A DNA stretch of 64,000 nt from Deltaproteobacteria bacterium (GTDB lineage Bacteria; Desulfobacterota; GWC2-55-46; JADFVP01): positions 13,219 to 77,218 of the forward strand of contig JAJCZH010000018.1 in NCBI GenBank assembly GCA_029262515.1. The letters are read 5' to 3'. Shown in pieces: positions 45,993 through 57,362 of this stretch. Within the stretch, counting starts at the first letter, position 1. Each line of letters opens with the position of its first letter. The translations under genes and the position numbers were made by a program. The notes under the pieces are model-generated. The model was not told the origin of the DNA. It made no database searches and saw nothing but the letters and a program-made list of their open reading frames with translations.

Positions 45993-46670
45993 ATGAAGGT
46001 TAAGCACTTGAAAATTCTAGTTCTTCTTCTCTTTATTGCCGGGGCAACGCTGCTGGTCCGTTTTTCGAGTATCGGCAGTTACCTCACTCCTGATGGAATA
46101 GTCAACTGGATTGAGAGTTTTGGCGCCCTCGGCCCAGTCATATATATAGGCCTTTACAGCGTAGCCCCCAGTTTGATGCTTCCGGGTCTTCCGTTGACAA
46201 TAGTCGGTGCGGTGCTTTTCGGGCCGTTCTGGGGCATCGTATACGTAGCAATAGGGGCTACACTTGGCGCGGCAATCGCCTTTATTATCGCGCGGTTAAT
46301 GGGTCGCGAGTGGGTTGCCGGGGTGCTCAAGGGCCCTGGAATGGTTCGGCTTGCGAAGATCGACTCTCAGGTTAAGTTGAAAGGGTGGAAGGTGGTGGCC
46401 GTAACGCGGCTCATACCGATCTTTCCCTATAACCTGCTCAATTACGCCTTCGGCCTCACCTCCATCAAATTTGCTCACTACTTTATCGCGACCTTCTTCT
46501 GCATGCTTCCGGGAATTACCGCCTATGTACTCTTTTCCAGTTCCGCGCTCGGCCTTTTAAGAGGTGAGTTATCTACTGAGTTTTTTCTCGGCCTGCTCGC
46601 TTTTGTGCTGCTCTTTGCTCTCGCCTTCTTTTATAAGAGGTATAACAGGCGCAGTGTCAGAGAGCAGTAA
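45993..46670 (+). CDS. DedA/TVP38/TMEM64 family membrane protein
   Basis: Characteristic ...GPFWGIVYVAIGATLGAAIAFIIARLMGR... re-entrant loop region. ~225 aa, polytopic. Confidence 0.7.
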   Translation: MKVKHLKILVLLLFIAGATLLVRFSSIGSYLTPDGIVNWIESFGALGPVIYIGLYSVAPSLMLPGLPLTIVGAVLFGPFWGIVYVAIGATLGAAIAFIIARLMGREWVAGVLKGPGMVRLAKIDSQVKLKGWKVVAVTRLIPIFPYNLLNYAFGLTSIKFAHYFIATFFCMLPGITAYVLFSSSALGLLRGELSTEFFLGLLAFVLLFALAFFYKRYNRRSVREQ

Positions 46671-46894
46671 CATGTAACTTCTCTTTTTCTCAGTCGTGAT
46701 AACGGTCACAGATAATAACCGATTAAAAAAGTTAAATAAATAGTAAGGGAGTGCCGATATCGATAGTATGACCCCGGTATGGCCTCGACAACTTAATCTT
46801 GCTCTTTTAAACCGAAGGCTGGATTCTTATAACTGGCGTTGGATACAGAAATAAATCTTGACAAAAGTCTGTAAAGGGGATTAAGTTTGCAAAA

Positions 46895-47743
46895 GTGTAT
46901 TATAGAGAAATTATACTGGCGTTTTCTTTAGCGGTATCAATGACGGCCTGTGCTACTGCACCTGCGGGGCCTGGCACTGATATTACCGAGTCTCTTGAGT
47001 TGCGTCTGGCCGAGCAGAAGAAGCAACTAGATGAGGCCAACAACAGAATAGATGAACTGAGTATAAAGTTCTCCTTGCTGCAGGAGAAGCTGGTTTCCGG
47101 TACAGAGACAACGGCAGTTCTTTCAGAGTCAACGAGGCCGCCTGCGCACTTAAAGGTTATCGAATTGAACGGTTCGTCGCTTCCGGTTAAGGTGGTTGAA
47201 GCAGAACCTCAGAAGGTTTTAAAATTTAAGCTCGGTAAAAACATAACACCCTCTGCTTCCACTTTTAAAGTTAGTAAGGGGAAGAAGAGCGACGGGAAGA
47301 GCGTAACAAAGCTGAGCCTGAAAAAGAGCAAGGCCAAAAAACCTCTCGGGCCGAAGGGACTCTACTCCACGGGACAGAATCTTTTTCTTGATGGCAGGTA
47401 TGAAGAGGCGCGTAAGTTTTTCTCTCTTTTTCTGGCCTCGCACCCTTCTCACTCTTTAGCCGATAACGCACTCTATTGGCAGGGAGAAGCATTCTACTCG
47501 GAGAAGCAGTACAAGAGTGCGCTCAATACTTTTCTTAAGGTAATTGAACTCTATCCGAATGAGAATAAAGCGCCTGATGCGCTTTTAAAGGTTGGATACT
47601 CTTATATCGAGCTAGACGATTATGGTAGTGCGAGCCGGGCATTCAAGAGGCTTGCGTCGAGTTACCCTGATTCGGTTGCGGTCTCTAAGGCCGACAGGAT
47701 GCTCAAAAGTCTATTGAAACAAGAAAAGGAAGGGTCGAAATGA
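46895..47743 (+). CDS. cpoB: Tol-Pal system protein CpoB/YbgF-like (N-terminal coiled coil plus C-terminal TPR)
   Basis: Lipobox-like SMTAC signal. Coiled coil (LAEQKKQLDEANNRIDELSIKFSLLQEKL). C-terminal TPR triad (…YWQGEAFYSEKQYKSALNTFLKVIELYPNENKAPDALLKVGYSY…). Confidence 0.6.
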   Translation: MYYREIILAFSLAVSMTACATAPAGPGTDITESLELRLAEQKKQLDEANNRIDELSIKFSLLQEKLVSGTETTAVLSESTRPPAHLKVIELNGSSLPVKVVEAEPQKVLKFKLGKNITPSASTFKVSKGKKSDGKSVTKLSLKKSKAKKPLGPKGLYSTGQNLFLDGRYEEARKFFSLFLASHPSHSLADNALYWQGEAFYSEKQYKSALNTFLKVIELYPNENKAPDALLKVGYSYIELDDYGSASRAFKRLASSYPDSVAVSKADRMLKSLLKQEKEGSK

Positions 47744-48885
47744 AGAAAACTTCTTTCAATTCCGTTCGGGGCTTTTTCGGTTCGGTGGCCGGTACTGCCT
47801 GCATTCTCGGCGTTACTCTATTCATGCTTACGGGGCCATCGGTCGTAATGGCCGATTCGGTAAATGTGCCGACGGATGAGGTGGGGCCGAACGAAGAGGT
47901 CTTCGTTTACACCATTGTAAAGGGAGATACTCTGTGGGATATTACGGATAAGTACCTTGAGGACCCGTTTAAGTGGCCGAGGGTCTGGAAGAATAACCCG
48001 TACATCAAGAACCCGCATCTTATTTATCCCGGTGATGTAGTCCGGGTGACCCCTGACGGCATAGAGATAATAAGCCGCAAGGTTAAGGAGCCGCGCGTTC
48101 CGGTTGATGTCGACGCTCTGCCTGTGCTTGCTCTTGAGGGTACCGCGCAGAAGGTTGTAAGGCTGGAGCCGGAACCGGTTCCGGTTCCGAGGGTTAAGGG
48201 ACCGACGGTCGGGTCAAACTTGATGAAGAGGCAGGGTTTTATCTCCGACGATCTCCTGGATGCCAGCGGTTCTATCATAAAATCGAAACTTGAGATGATG
48301 CTGATCGACGAGGGGGCGGAGGTTTTTGTTTCGCTCGCAGAGGGTAGTGAAGCGGCAATAGGTGAGCGTTACTCTGTTTACCGTACAGTCGACAAGGTGA
48401 CCCATCCCGTAACAGGCGCTGATGTCGGTTATATGGTTGATATCCTCGGTAGCCTCGTAATTACCCGTAGCTCCAAGGTCGTGGAGGCGCGTATTGATAA
48501 TTCCTTTAAGGAGATGGAGGCCGGTGTGCGGTTAATGCCGTATATAGAACCGGTTACCGAGGTTGAGCTTACGGAGTCGAGCGCTCCGGTTGACGGGGTA
48601 ATAGTGGCTGCCCTCGATTCGTCTACCAACTTTTCAAGCGGAGATATAGTCTATATAGATCGTGGCAGCCAGGATGGTCTTGGCGAGGGCAACGTACTCA
48701 GGGTCTTCAGGGACAGAGACGACGCGCTCGATCCGGTAACCAAAAAGAAGGTGAGCCTGCCGCCGATAAATCTCGGCACCATGGTGGTGCTGGATCCGGG
48801 TGAAACCGCATCTACGTGCCTTGTGTTGAACGGCCAGCGCGCAATGGTGGTTGGTGACAAGGTGAGCACAGTGCAGGCTGAATAG
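47740..48885 (+). CDS. LysM domain-containing periplasmic protein
   Basis: Signal peptide. LysM motif YTIVKGDTLWDITDKYL...NPHLIYPGDVVRV. Long C-terminal domain of unknown function. Confidence 0.6.
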   Translation: MKKTSFNSVRGFFGSVAGTACILGVTLFMLTGPSVVMADSVNVPTDEVGPNEEVFVYTIVKGDTLWDITDKYLEDPFKWPRVWKNNPYIKNPHLIYPGDVVRVTPDGIEIISRKVKEPRVPVDVDALPVLALEGTAQKVVRLEPEPVPVPRVKGPTVGSNLMKRQGFISDDLLDASGSIIKSKLEMMLIDEGAEVFVSLAEGSEAAIGERYSVYRTVDKVTHPVTGADVGYMVDILGSLVITRSSKVVEARIDNSFKEMEAGVRLMPYIEPVTEVELTESSAPVDGVIVAALDSSTNFSSGDIVYIDRGSQDGLGEGNVLRVFRDRDDALDPVTKKKVSLPPINLGTMVVLDPGETASTCLVLNGQRAMVVGDKVSTVQAE

Positions 48886-49014
48886 GTCGGCACAGGGTAT
48901 ACGGCTCGAATATTTTTTGTAATAGAAACGGGGACCGCCCTTGTACGGTCCCCGTTTCTATCTACTCTCTTTTTTGTACAATGGTATTGACTCGCGGCGT
49001 GCTCAGGGGGTCTG

Positions 49015-50316
49015 ATGGTTGAAGAGATGGAAAAGAGTGTCGAGCCCGAGTGTGGCTCCCGGCAGTGTGACCGGGTGGAGGCTTTTGAGGATGAGGGTGG
49101 AGACGGCCCTGAAACTCACGTACCCGTAGGCGAAGAGGAGCTTCGGGGGTGGTTGGCGCTCGGGGCCGTACGCGGTCTTTCTGGCCACGGCGCGGTCAGG
49201 CTCGTTAACAGGTATGGAACTCCTCAGTCGTTGATTGATGCCTGTCGGGCAGGTATCGTACCCGACGGGGTGAGGCCGAAGCTGGCCGCGGCAATAGGTG
49301 GTTACGACGACTGGAAGTGGGTGGATGCCGAGCTGGAGGCCGCGCACAAAGCTGAGGTTACGCTGCTCGCCTATTCAGACTACAGGTACCCTCAATTGCT
49401 GAAAGAGATTCCTGATCCGCCGCATCTGCTTTATCTGCGCGGTTCAGGGGTTGGCGCTCTCGGAGCGGCCTCGGTCGGCGTGGTAGGTACTCGACTTGCA
49501 ACAGGTTATGGCCGTAAAATCTCGGAGAGTATCGCGTTTGACCTTGCAGGACTCGGTATAGTTATTATCAGCGGAGGCGCGCGCGGTTGCGATAGCTCCG
49601 CGCACAGGGGAGCGTTAAAGGCTGGCGGGCCGACAATAGCCGTGCTCGGCACGGGAGTTGATATCGTGTACCCGAAAGAGCATGCCCGGCTGTATGAAGA
49701 GGTTATGCAGGGGGGGCTTCTCGTATCGGAATTTTCGATGTCGACACCGCCTGCGCAGTACAATTTTCCACGAAGAAACAGGATTATAAGCGGCCTTTCG
49801 CTCGGTGTGTTGATAGCCGAGGCACCGGTCAGGTCCGGGGCGTTAATGACGGCGCGCTTTGCCCTTGAGCAGAACAGAGAAGTCTTTGCTGTGCCGGGCT
49901 CCGTGGTTTCCGATCAGTCGAGGGGCGCCAACCGGCTCCTGAAGGAGGGTGCCGCGCTTGTTGAGTCTGCCGCCGATATAGTAGAGGTATTAAGTCTGCG
50001 CCTGGTCGGGTTTGAGGGTGTGCCGACTCAGCCTACGGCTCCTGTAAGAGAAGAAACAAGTGATAAAGCAAGAAGTAAAACCGGAGAAACAGAAACAGCA
50101 GGTGAGGCTGCTTCCAAGGAGCCCGAGGTTAATCTGTCTCTTAGCCCGGACGAAAGTCTGGTCTTCGGTTGTCTCGGCTCAGAGCCGGTACAGATCGATA
50201 CAATAATAGAGTCTAGCGGACTTGGTGCTGCCGGGGTATCGACAGTGTTGCTCGGACTTGAGCTTAGGGGGCTTGTCTCGCAGATGCCGGGCAAGTCTTT
50301 TGTAAAGAGATTCTAA
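49015..50316 (+). CDS. dprA: DNA processing protein DprA (Smf)
   Basis: Rossmann-like DprA core (…GVVGTRLATGYGRKISESIA…IISGGARGCDSSAHRGAL…AVLGTGVDIVYPKEH…NFPRRNRIISGLS…). C-terminal winged-helix-like tail. Immediately upstream of topA. Confidence 0.8.
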   Translation: MVEEMEKSVEPECGSRQCDRVEAFEDEGGDGPETHVPVGEEELRGWLALGAVRGLSGHGAVRLVNRYGTPQSLIDACRAGIVPDGVRPKLAAAIGGYDDWKWVDAELEAAHKAEVTLLAYSDYRYPQLLKEIPDPPHLLYLRGSGVGALGAASVGVVGTRLATGYGRKISESIAFDLAGLGIVIISGGARGCDSSAHRGALKAGGPTIAVLGTGVDIVYPKEHARLYEEVMQGGLLVSEFSMSTPPAQYNFPRRNRIISGLSLGVLIAEAPVRSGALMTARFALEQNREVFAVPGSVVSDQSRGANRLLKEGAALVESAADIVEVLSLRLVGFEGVPTQPTAPVREETSDKARSKTGETETAGEAASKEPEVNLSLSPDESLVFGCLGSEPVQIDTIIESSGLGAAGVSTVLLGLELRGLVSQMPGKSFVKRF

Positions 50317-50354
50317 GTCATGGGAATAGATTATTAAGGAGCGTTTATAAAGCT

Positions 50355-52544
50355 ATGGGTAAGTCACTGGTAATAGTCGAGTCACCTGCAAAGGCGAAGA
50401 CTATAAATAAATTTCTCGGTAGAGATTTTATCGTCATGGCCTCGGTAGGCCACGTAAAGGACCTTCCCAAGTCGAAACTCGGGGTTGATGTCGAAAAGGG
50501 CTTTGAGCCGCAGTATGTCAAGATAAAGGGTAAGGCCAAGACAATTAATGAACTGAAGAAGGCTGGAAAGAAGGCTGACAAGATCTATCTCGCTCCTGAC
50601 CCGGATCGCGAAGGCGAGGCGATTGCGTGGCATATAGCCGATGAGGTTGATAAAGAGGGTACCAAGACGAGCCGCGTTCTCTTTAACGAGATAACCGAGA
50701 AGGCGGTAAAGGCCGCAATAAAAGAGCCGATCGAACTCGACAGGAACAAGTACGAGGCACAGCAGGCCCGCCGCATACTCGACCGCCTGGTCGGTTACCA
50801 GGTGAGCCCAATTCTTTGGGACAAGGTGCGCAGGGGGTTGAGTGCCGGCCGGGTGCAGAGCGTGGCCGTACGCCTTATCTGCGACAGGGAGCGGGCGATA
50901 GACGCCTTCAAGCCGAAGGAGTACTGGAGCATTACGGCAGAGCTTGAGACACCGGAGAAGAAGTCCTTTAGTGCGAAGCTCGCAAAGTTGGAGGGCAAGA
51001 AGCTAGATATCTCAAACGAGGCCGAGTCTACAAAGATACTCTCGGACCTTAAGGGCGCCGACTTTATTATTACAGACGTTACCGCCCGCGAGGTTAAGAG
51101 AAGACCTGCTGCGCCGTTTACGACCTCGAAGCTCCAGATGGACGCCTCGAGAAAGCTCGGTTTCTCCGCAAAGAAGACTATGATGGTCGCCCAGCAGCTC
51201 TATGAGGGAATCGACCTCGGCTCCGAGGGCCCCATAGGGCTAATAACCTACATGAGAACCGACTCGACCCGCCTGTCCGATGAGGCGGTGGCAGAGGCGA
51301 GAGAGTTTATAAAAGAGACGTACGGTGCAGAGTTCCTGCCGGCAAAACCGGTAGAGTACAAGAGCAAGAAGAAGGCGCAGGACGCTCACGAGGCGATACG
51401 GCCGACCTACGTACGGTACCCGCCGGAGAGCATAAAGGCCAAACTTACGAAGGATCAGTTGAGGCTCTACACCCTTATCTGGAACCGTTTTATCGCCTGC
51501 CAGATGACCCCTGCTATCTTCGACCAGACACGTGCCCAGATAATTGCGGGCAAGTATCTCTTCACCGCTGCCGGCAGTGTTTTAAAGTTTGCCGGTTTTA
51601 TGGTTATCTATACCGAGGGCAAGGAGAAAGAGGAAGAGGAGGCGCAGGAACAAAAAGATGGTGCGGACGTGACATTGCCGAAGCTCGAAAAGGATGCGAG
51701 ACTCGACCTGAAGAAGCTCTCTCCATTGCAGCACTTCACCCAGCCGCCGCCGCGTTTTACCGAAGCCTCACTGGTAAAGGAGCTTGAAGAGAACGGCATT
51801 GGACGCCCGTCCACCTATGCGGCTATTCTCTCTACTGTACAGGACAGGGGTTATGTCGAAAAAGAGCAGAGACAGTTAAAGCCGACCGAGCTCGGTGTGT
51901 TGGTAACCGACATGCTGGTGGAAAACTTTCCTGAAATTCTTAATGTCGAGTTTACGGCGCATATGGAGGAGGAACTCGACAAGGTTGAAGACGGAAGTGT
52001 CGAGTGGCGCAAGGTAATGGGCGAGTTTTATGGGCCTTTCAAAGAGAGTGTAGTAAAGGCCAGCAAGGAGATGAAGAACATGAAAGCGGAAGAGACCCCT
52101 ACGGATCTCGTCTGCGAGAAGTGTTCCAGGCCGATGGTAATAAAATGGGGAAGGCTCGGTAAGTTTCTCGCCTGCTCCGGTTACCCGGAGTGTAAGAGCA
52201 CGACCGATTTTACGACCGACGAGTCCGGCAAGGTCACGCCTGTTGAGACTAAAGTGGAGTCGGACGAGAAGTGCCCAAAGTGCTCGGCGCCCATGATTAT
52301 CAAGTCAGGCCGCTTTGGTCGTTTTCTCGCCTGCACAAGGTACCCGGACTGCAAGTCTACCAAAGCGATCTCTACAAGCGTCCCGTGCGGCGAAGAGGGC
52401 TGCGACGGAAAGCTGGTCGAGAGAAGGACAAAGAAGGGCAGAGTTTTTTACGGTTGCTCCAACTATCCTAAGTGCGAGTATGCCGTCTGGAAGCTGCCGG
52501 AGCAGGACAAAGAGGGCAAGGATAAGAAGAAGGAGAAGGCCTAG
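50355..52544 (+). CDS. topA: DNA topoisomerase I
   Basis: Toprim N-terminus (LVIVESPAKAKTINKFLG). Type IA active-site region. Three C-terminal C4 zinc ribbons (CEKCSRPM...CSGYPEC etc.). Confidence 0.9.
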   Translation: MGKSLVIVESPAKAKTINKFLGRDFIVMASVGHVKDLPKSKLGVDVEKGFEPQYVKIKGKAKTINELKKAGKKADKIYLAPDPDREGEAIAWHIADEVDKEGTKTSRVLFNEITEKAVKAAIKEPIELDRNKYEAQQARRILDRLVGYQVSPILWDKVRRGLSAGRVQSVAVRLICDRERAIDAFKPKEYWSITAELETPEKKSFSAKLAKLEGKKLDISNEAESTKILSDLKGADFIITDVTAREVKRRPAAPFTTSKLQMDASRKLGFSAKKTMMVAQQLYEGIDLGSEGPIGLITYMRTDSTRLSDEAVAEAREFIKETYGAEFLPAKPVEYKSKKKAQDAHEAIRPTYVRYPPESIKAKLTKDQLRLYTLIWNRFIACQMTPAIFDQTRAQIIAGKYLFTAAGSVLKFAGFMVIYTEGKEKEEEEAQEQKDGADVTLPKLEKDARLDLKKLSPLQHFTQPPPRFTEASLVKELEENGIGRPSTYAAILSTVQDRGYVEKEQRQLKPTELGVLVTDMLVENFPEILNVEFTAHMEEELDKVEDGSVEWRKVMGEFYGPFKESVVKASKEMKNMKAEETPTDLVCEKCSRPMVIKWGRLGKFLACSGYPECKSTTDFTTDESGKVTPVETKVESDEKCPKCSAPMIIKSGRFGRFLACTRYPDCKSTKAISTSVPCGEEGCDGKLVERRTKKGRVFYGCSNYPKCEYAVWKLPEQDKEGKDKKKEKA

Positions 52545-52764
52545 ATTCAGCACTTTTTTTTGTTGTCCTTGCGGGCAAAAAGAACCTTCTCTACCAGGCT
52601 TTACCCGGTAGAACGAACGGAGAAAGAGGCTCGGCATTTCTAAAGAATGCCAAAAGAGTATAACACCGTCCCTGCCGGTTACTACGCCTTTCAGGCGGAC
52701 ACCAATTTCATTGCCGCTTTTTTCAGCCTAAAAAATACTTGAAAAATCACGTCTATATTGGCTG

Positions 52765-53598
52765 CTAAAGTTTCGCTCCGCAATGGTGGCAGAACTTCGC
52801 GTTCATCTCATGCCCTTCGGCGCTGCATTCGTGGCACGCGCGCGTAGTCATATTCTCGCCCCGTATTGCATATGATATCTCAGCCGTTACTATGCCTGTC
52901 GGCACAGCTATAATGGCGTAACCGGTTATCATTATTACAGATGCAAGTACCTTGCCTATAGGCGTATGCGGAGCTATGTCTCCGTAGCCGACCGTCGTAA
53001 GCGTGACAATGGCCCAGTAGACTGCGATAGGGATTGATGTGAAGCCGTGTTCAGGGCCTTCGATCATGTACATCATGGAGCCGAGAACGGTGACTAGGGT
53101 TAATACCGTAAAGAGAAAGATTGTGATCTTCCTGCGCGAGGCCCGAAGCGCCATGGAGAGCACGTGCGCCTCTCCGACGTACTGGATGAACTTGAGCACG
53201 CGAAAGATTCTGAGCACCCTGAGTACCCTGATTACGAGCAGGTACTGGCTGCCGAGCAGTATCAGGCTCAGGTAGGTAGGTATAATGGCGAGCAGGTCTA
53301 CTATGCCGAAGAAGCTCAGTATATACTTTGTTGGTTTGCCGACACAGATTATTCTAAGAAGGTACTCGATGGTAAAGAGGATCGTGAAGAACCATTCTAT
53401 TGTGTAGAGGGTGGCGTGGTGGGTGGCGTGTATGGAGGTCACGCTGTCGAGCATGACGGCGAGAACGCTAAGGAGAATGCCGGTGAGCAGCAGTACGTCG
53501 AAGGCCCAGCCAGAGGGCGTGTCGGCCTCGAAAATCAATTCGTGCAGGAATATCTGCCACCTGCCGTACCTCAGATGTGTTTTGTCGACTCCTGGCAT
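52765..53598 (-). CDS. Voltage-gated-type (6TM) potassium channel with a C-terminal zinc-ribbon
   Basis: S4-like RVLRVLRIFRVLKF. Pore helix plus selectivity filter TLTTVGYGD. C-terminal CHECS...CHHCG. Confidence 0.7.
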   Translation of the reverse strand: MPGVDKTHLRYGRWQIFLHELIFEADTPSGWAFDVLLLTGILLSVLAVMLDSVTSIHATHHATLYTIEWFFTILFTIEYLLRIICVGKPTKYILSFFGIVDLLAIIPTYLSLILLGSQYLLVIRVLRVLRIFRVLKFIQYVGEAHVLSMALRASRRKITIFLFTVLTLVTVLGSMMYMIEGPEHGFTSIPIAVYWAIVTLTTVGYGDIAPHTPIGKVLASVIMITGYAIIAVPTGIVTAEISYAIRGENMTTRACHECSAEGHEMNAKFCHHCGAKL

Positions 53599-53727
53599 GG
53601 CTCTCTACTTATTACAGGCCTGTTGATACTGTTATGACTGAGTATTCGACATAAATATACAATACTTTAGCGCAGGCTGTAAAGCCAACTCTCGGTTCTT
53701 TCTTTTCGGGCGGGGCCGGGTAGCCGC

Positions 53728-54231
53728 TTATTCTCTCGGGGAGTGCCTGCCGGAAGAAAGACCGGAAGGGAAGAACGAGAGGTAGAGCATGACAATAACG
53801 CCGGTGGTGATAGCCGAGTCAGCTATATTGAAGGCTGGCCAGTGGAGAGTGCCGATATGGAAATCGAGAAAGTCCACGACCGATCCGTACCGGATCCTGT
53901 CTATCAGGTTGCCGATCGCCCCGCCAGCTATTAAAGAGAGGGCCAGGGCGTTTCTTCCGTCACTGCTGCGCCGGATAAGCACTGCGATTATGATGAGCGC
54001 TACTAAAGAGACGATGGTCAGGAAGGTGGTGCGTCCGCTGCCGCCGCTGGAGAAGATACCGAAGGCCGCACCGGTATTCTTGTAGTAGACGATATTGAAG
54101 AGCCCAGGCAGAATCGTATGCGCCTCGCCCCAGGCGAGGCGTCCGGTAATAAGGGCCTTGGTCACTTGATCCGCGATTACGACACACAGGGTGACAGCAA
54201 TCGAAAGCAGTATCTTCTTCTCGTCTTTCAT
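53728..54231 (-). CDS. lspA: Lipoprotein signal peptidase (signal peptidase II)
   Basis: Conserved LspA blocks (…NTGAAFG…, …IGNLIDRI…, …FNIADSAI…). 167 aa. Downstream of ileS, as in many bacteria. Confidence 0.85.
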   Translation of the reverse strand: MKDEKKILLSIAVTLCVVIADQVTKALITGRLAWGEAHTILPGLFNIVYYKNTGAAFGIFSSGGSGRTTFLTIVSLVALIIIAVLIRRSSDGRNALALSLIAGGAIGNLIDRIRYGSVVDFLDFHIGTLHWPAFNIADSAITTGVIVMLYLSFFPSGLSSGRHSPRE

Positions 54232-54263
54232 AAAAAGAGGTGCTACCTTTTATCCGAATAGAT

Positions 54264-57116
54264 CTACGCCAGCGCCTCAACGCACCTGTCACAGATGGTG
54301 GCGTGCCCGGTCTGGGTTCCAACCGACTCGCTGTAGTGCCAGCACCGCTCGCATTTACCGCCCGGCGCCTTTGTTACCGTGACCTTCAGGCCTGGGATTT
54401 CTTCCGATACAAAACTGAAGCTTGCTTCAGTTTCCTTAGGCGCCTCTGTCCCGTCCGTCACGCAAAGACCCGAGACGATAAGAACCGAGACGAGCAACGC
54501 CTCTACCTCTTTGAGCTTTTCGGTATCGGCTTCACCGGGTACAACACTGACAAACGCATCGAGCGGGTGCCCGATGATCTTCTCTACCCTCGCACCTTCG
54601 AGCGCTTTGGATATCTCGTCTTTAAAGGCCGATAGGCCCCGCCATTTCTCGTCGAGTTCATTATTAACCCAATCGGCATTGACCGTTGGCATGGCCGCAA
54701 GGTGAACACTCGCCTCTCTCTTACCCGGTAAGAAGGCCCACGCCTCTTCGGTGGTAAAGACTAGCACAGGGGCCAGGAGCCTGACCAGTGAATCGAGTAC
54801 GTAGTAGATCGTAGTCTGCGCGGCGCGGCGAGACTTTCCTTTCGTACCAGACGTATAGAGCCTGTCTTTTAAGATATCGAGGTAAAAAGCGCTCAAGTCC
54901 ACGGTGCAGAAGTTGTGCACCGTATGGTAGATAGTATGGAACTCGAATTTTTCATATGCCGAGAGCACCTTTTCGGTTATACCGTTCAGCCTGTGCAGCG
55001 TCAGTCGGTCGAGTTCTTCGAGCTCGTTGAATTGTACGCTGTCGGTCTCCGGGTTAAAGTCGCTGATATTCCCTAAAATGTACCTGAAGGTATTTCGGAT
55101 TCTGCGGTACGCCTCGGAGAGTCTCTTGAGTATCTCTTCGGAGACGCGGATGTCGTCGCGGTAATCCTCAGCCGCTACCCAGAGGCGAAGGACCTCTACG
55201 CCGTACTTCTCTATAATCTGCTCCGGGGCGATTACATTACCGTCGGACTTGCTCATCTTGCGCCCCTTGCCGTCTACCACAAAGCCGTGCGTGAGAACGC
55301 TCTTGTATGGTGGGACCTTTCTGGTTGCTATCGACGCGAGAATAGACGAGTGGAACCAGCCCCTGTGCTGGTCGCTGCCTTCCAAGTAGAGGTCCGCCGG
55401 GTTCGAGAGGTTCTCTCTTCTTTCGAGCACCGCCGAGAAGCTAACGCCGGAGTCGAACCAGACGTCTAAGATATCCTCTTCGCGCTCGAACTCGGTACCG
55501 TTGCACTCCGGGCATTTCAAACCTTCTGGCAGCAGCTCTTCAAGCGGACGCTCGAACCAGATGTCTGCCCCCGACTCTTCGAACCTTTTGCCGAGCGAGT
55601 TGATAAGGCCTTTATCGAGAAAGGCATTTGAGCAGCCGGAGCAGATGAGCGCAGGGATCGGCACGCCCCAGACCCTCTGGCGCGAGAGACACCAGTCGGG
55701 CCTCTTCTCAATCATGCCATAGATCCGTTCCTTGCCCCAGCCTGGAACCCACTCAACCTCTTCGCTGATCGCTTTGAGAGCCCTCTCGCGAAGCCTGCTG
55801 TCGTCGTCCATCGCAACGAACCACTGCGCGGTCGCGCGGAAGATCACCGGCTTTTTACAGCGCCAGCAGTGCGGGTAAGAGTGAGAGACCTCTTCTGTTT
55901 TTATGAGCATGCCCTTCTCTTCGAGCAGCTCTATAATTCCATTGTTTGCCTTGAAGACGAATTGCCCCTCGAACTCGGGTACGTCGGAGGTGAAGAGGCC
56001 GTTGTTGTCGACCGGGGCGTAGACTTCGAGTCCGTGTTTGAGTCCTACCTCGTAGTCGTCCTGGCCGTGGCCCGGAGCGATATGCACGCATCCGGTACCG
56101 GCTTCAGTCGTAACGAAGTTTGCGGTCCTGACTACTGACTCTCTCGCAACGAACGGGTGCTTGCAGACGATGCCTTCCAAGAGACTGCCGGGTGCGCTGT
56201 TTACGATAGAGTAATTTTCGATGCCGAATTTATCCATCGTGCTCTCGACAAGATCGGTGGCTAGTACCCATATCTCTTCATGGCCGTGCAGTGTTATGCG
56301 AACGGTGCTGTACGAAACGTCGGGGTGGACCGCTATCGCGAGGTTTGCCGGAAGTGTCCACGGCGTGGTCGTCCAGATGATAACGCTGATCGGTATATCC
56401 TCTGCCCCGAGGAAAGCGGCGGTCTTTACGCCGTCCTCCATGATCGCTTTTGAGAATTCGATGGAGACGGCCTCGAAACGGACGTAGACCGACGGTGAGG
56501 TCTTTTCCGCATGCTCGACCTCGGCCTCGGCCAGCGCAGTTGAGCAGGACGAGCACCAGTGGACCGGTTTCTTGCCTTTGTAAACGAGTCCTTCTTCGAC
56601 AAACCTGCCGAGTTCAGAGAGTATCGCGGCCTGATAGCCGTAATTCATCGTAAGGTACGGGTTCTCCCACTCGCCGAAGATGCCGAGCCGTTTGAACTCG
56701 TCTCTCTGGATCGAGACGAACTTGTTAGCGTATTCGCGGCACGCTTTGCGGACCGCGGTCTTGCCAAGCTCCTTCTTCTTCTCCTTGAACTTCTTCTCGA
56801 CCTGCAGTTCTATCGGCAGGCCGTGGCAGTCCCAGCCCGGCACGTACTCGGCGCTAAAGCCGCTCATTGTGCGCGACTTGACCACAATGTCCTTAAGCGT
56901 CTTGTTGAGCGCATGGCCGAGATGGATATGGCCGTTGGCGTACGGGGGGCCGTCGTGCAGTATGTACTTCGGCCTGTCTTTTCCGGCCTCTTTTATCTTG
57001 TCGTAGAGTCCCGCTTCTTCCCACTTCTTCAGCATCTCAGGCTCTTTCTGGCTAAGCCGGGCCTTCATCTGAAAGTCGGTCTGCGGCAGGTTCAACGTCT
57101 CTTTATAGTCAGTCAC
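54264..57116 (-). CDS. ileS: Isoleucyl-tRNA synthetase
   Basis: [20 protein letters not shown]-terminus. HIGH-type motif ([12 protein letters not shown]). KMSKS. C-terminal zinc-binding CxxC pairs. 950 aa. Confidence 0.9.
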   Translation of the reverse strand: MTDYKETLNLPQTDFQMKARLSQKEPEMLKKWEEAGLYDKIKEAGKDRPKYILHDGPPYANGHIHLGHALNKTLKDIVVKSRTMSGFSAEYVPGWDCHGLPIELQVEKKFKEKKKELGKTAVRKACREYANKFVSIQRDEFKRLGIFGEWENPYLTMNYGYQAAILSELGRFVEEGLVYKGKKPVHWCSSCSTALAEAEVEHAEKTSPSVYVRFEAVSIEFSKAIMEDGVKTAAFLGAEDIPISVIIWTTTPWTLPANLAIAVHPDVSYSTVRITLHGHEEIWVLATDLVESTMDKFGIENYSIVNSAPGSLLEGIVCKHPFVARESVVRTANFVTTEAGTGCVHIAPGHGQDDYEVGLKHGLEVYAPVDNNGLFTSDVPEFEGQFVFKANNGIIELLEEKGMLIKTEEVSHSYPHCWRCKKPVIFRATAQWFVAMDDDSRLRERALKAISEEVEWVPGWGKERIYGMIEKRPDWCLSRQRVWGVPIPALICSGCSNAFLDKGLINSLGKRFEESGADIWFERPLEELLPEGLKCPECNGTEFEREEDILDVWFDSGVSFSAVLERRENLSNPADLYLEGSDQHRGWFHSSILASIATRKVPPYKSVLTHGFVVDGKGRKMSKSDGNVIAPEQIIEKYGVEVLRLWVAAEDYRDDIRVSEEILKRLSEAYRRIRNTFRYILGNISDFNPETDSVQFNELEELDRLTLHRLNGITEKVLSAYEKFEFHTIYHTVHNFCTVDLSAFYLDILKDRLYTSGTKGKSRRAAQTTIYYVLDSLVRLLAPVLVFTTEEAWAFLPGKREASVHLAAMPTVNADWVNNELDEKWRGLSAFKDEISKALEGARVEKIIGHPLDAFVSVVPGEADTEKLKEVEALLVSVLIVSGLCVTDGTEAPKETEASFSFVSEEIPGLKVTVTKAPGGKCERCWHYSESVGTQTGHATICDRCVEALA

Positions 57117-57362
57117 TTTACAGGTGCTCCTCGATTATTTTTTTGATTTCTACACGGTTACGGAATCATATTTTGTACCACAAGGGTCAGGTTATTTGAA
57201 CCTTTTTCTTGGTAGTCAGGTTTGAAGTAGCGGCTTGTCATAAAGAGAAGCCGCAGTGTATACTAATATCGTATAGACGAACTCGGCGCTGTAACTGGGG
57301 GCTGGAGGCTATATTTGTCAACAGTCAATCACATCGGGGAATGAAAGGGAGATCCTACTTAT

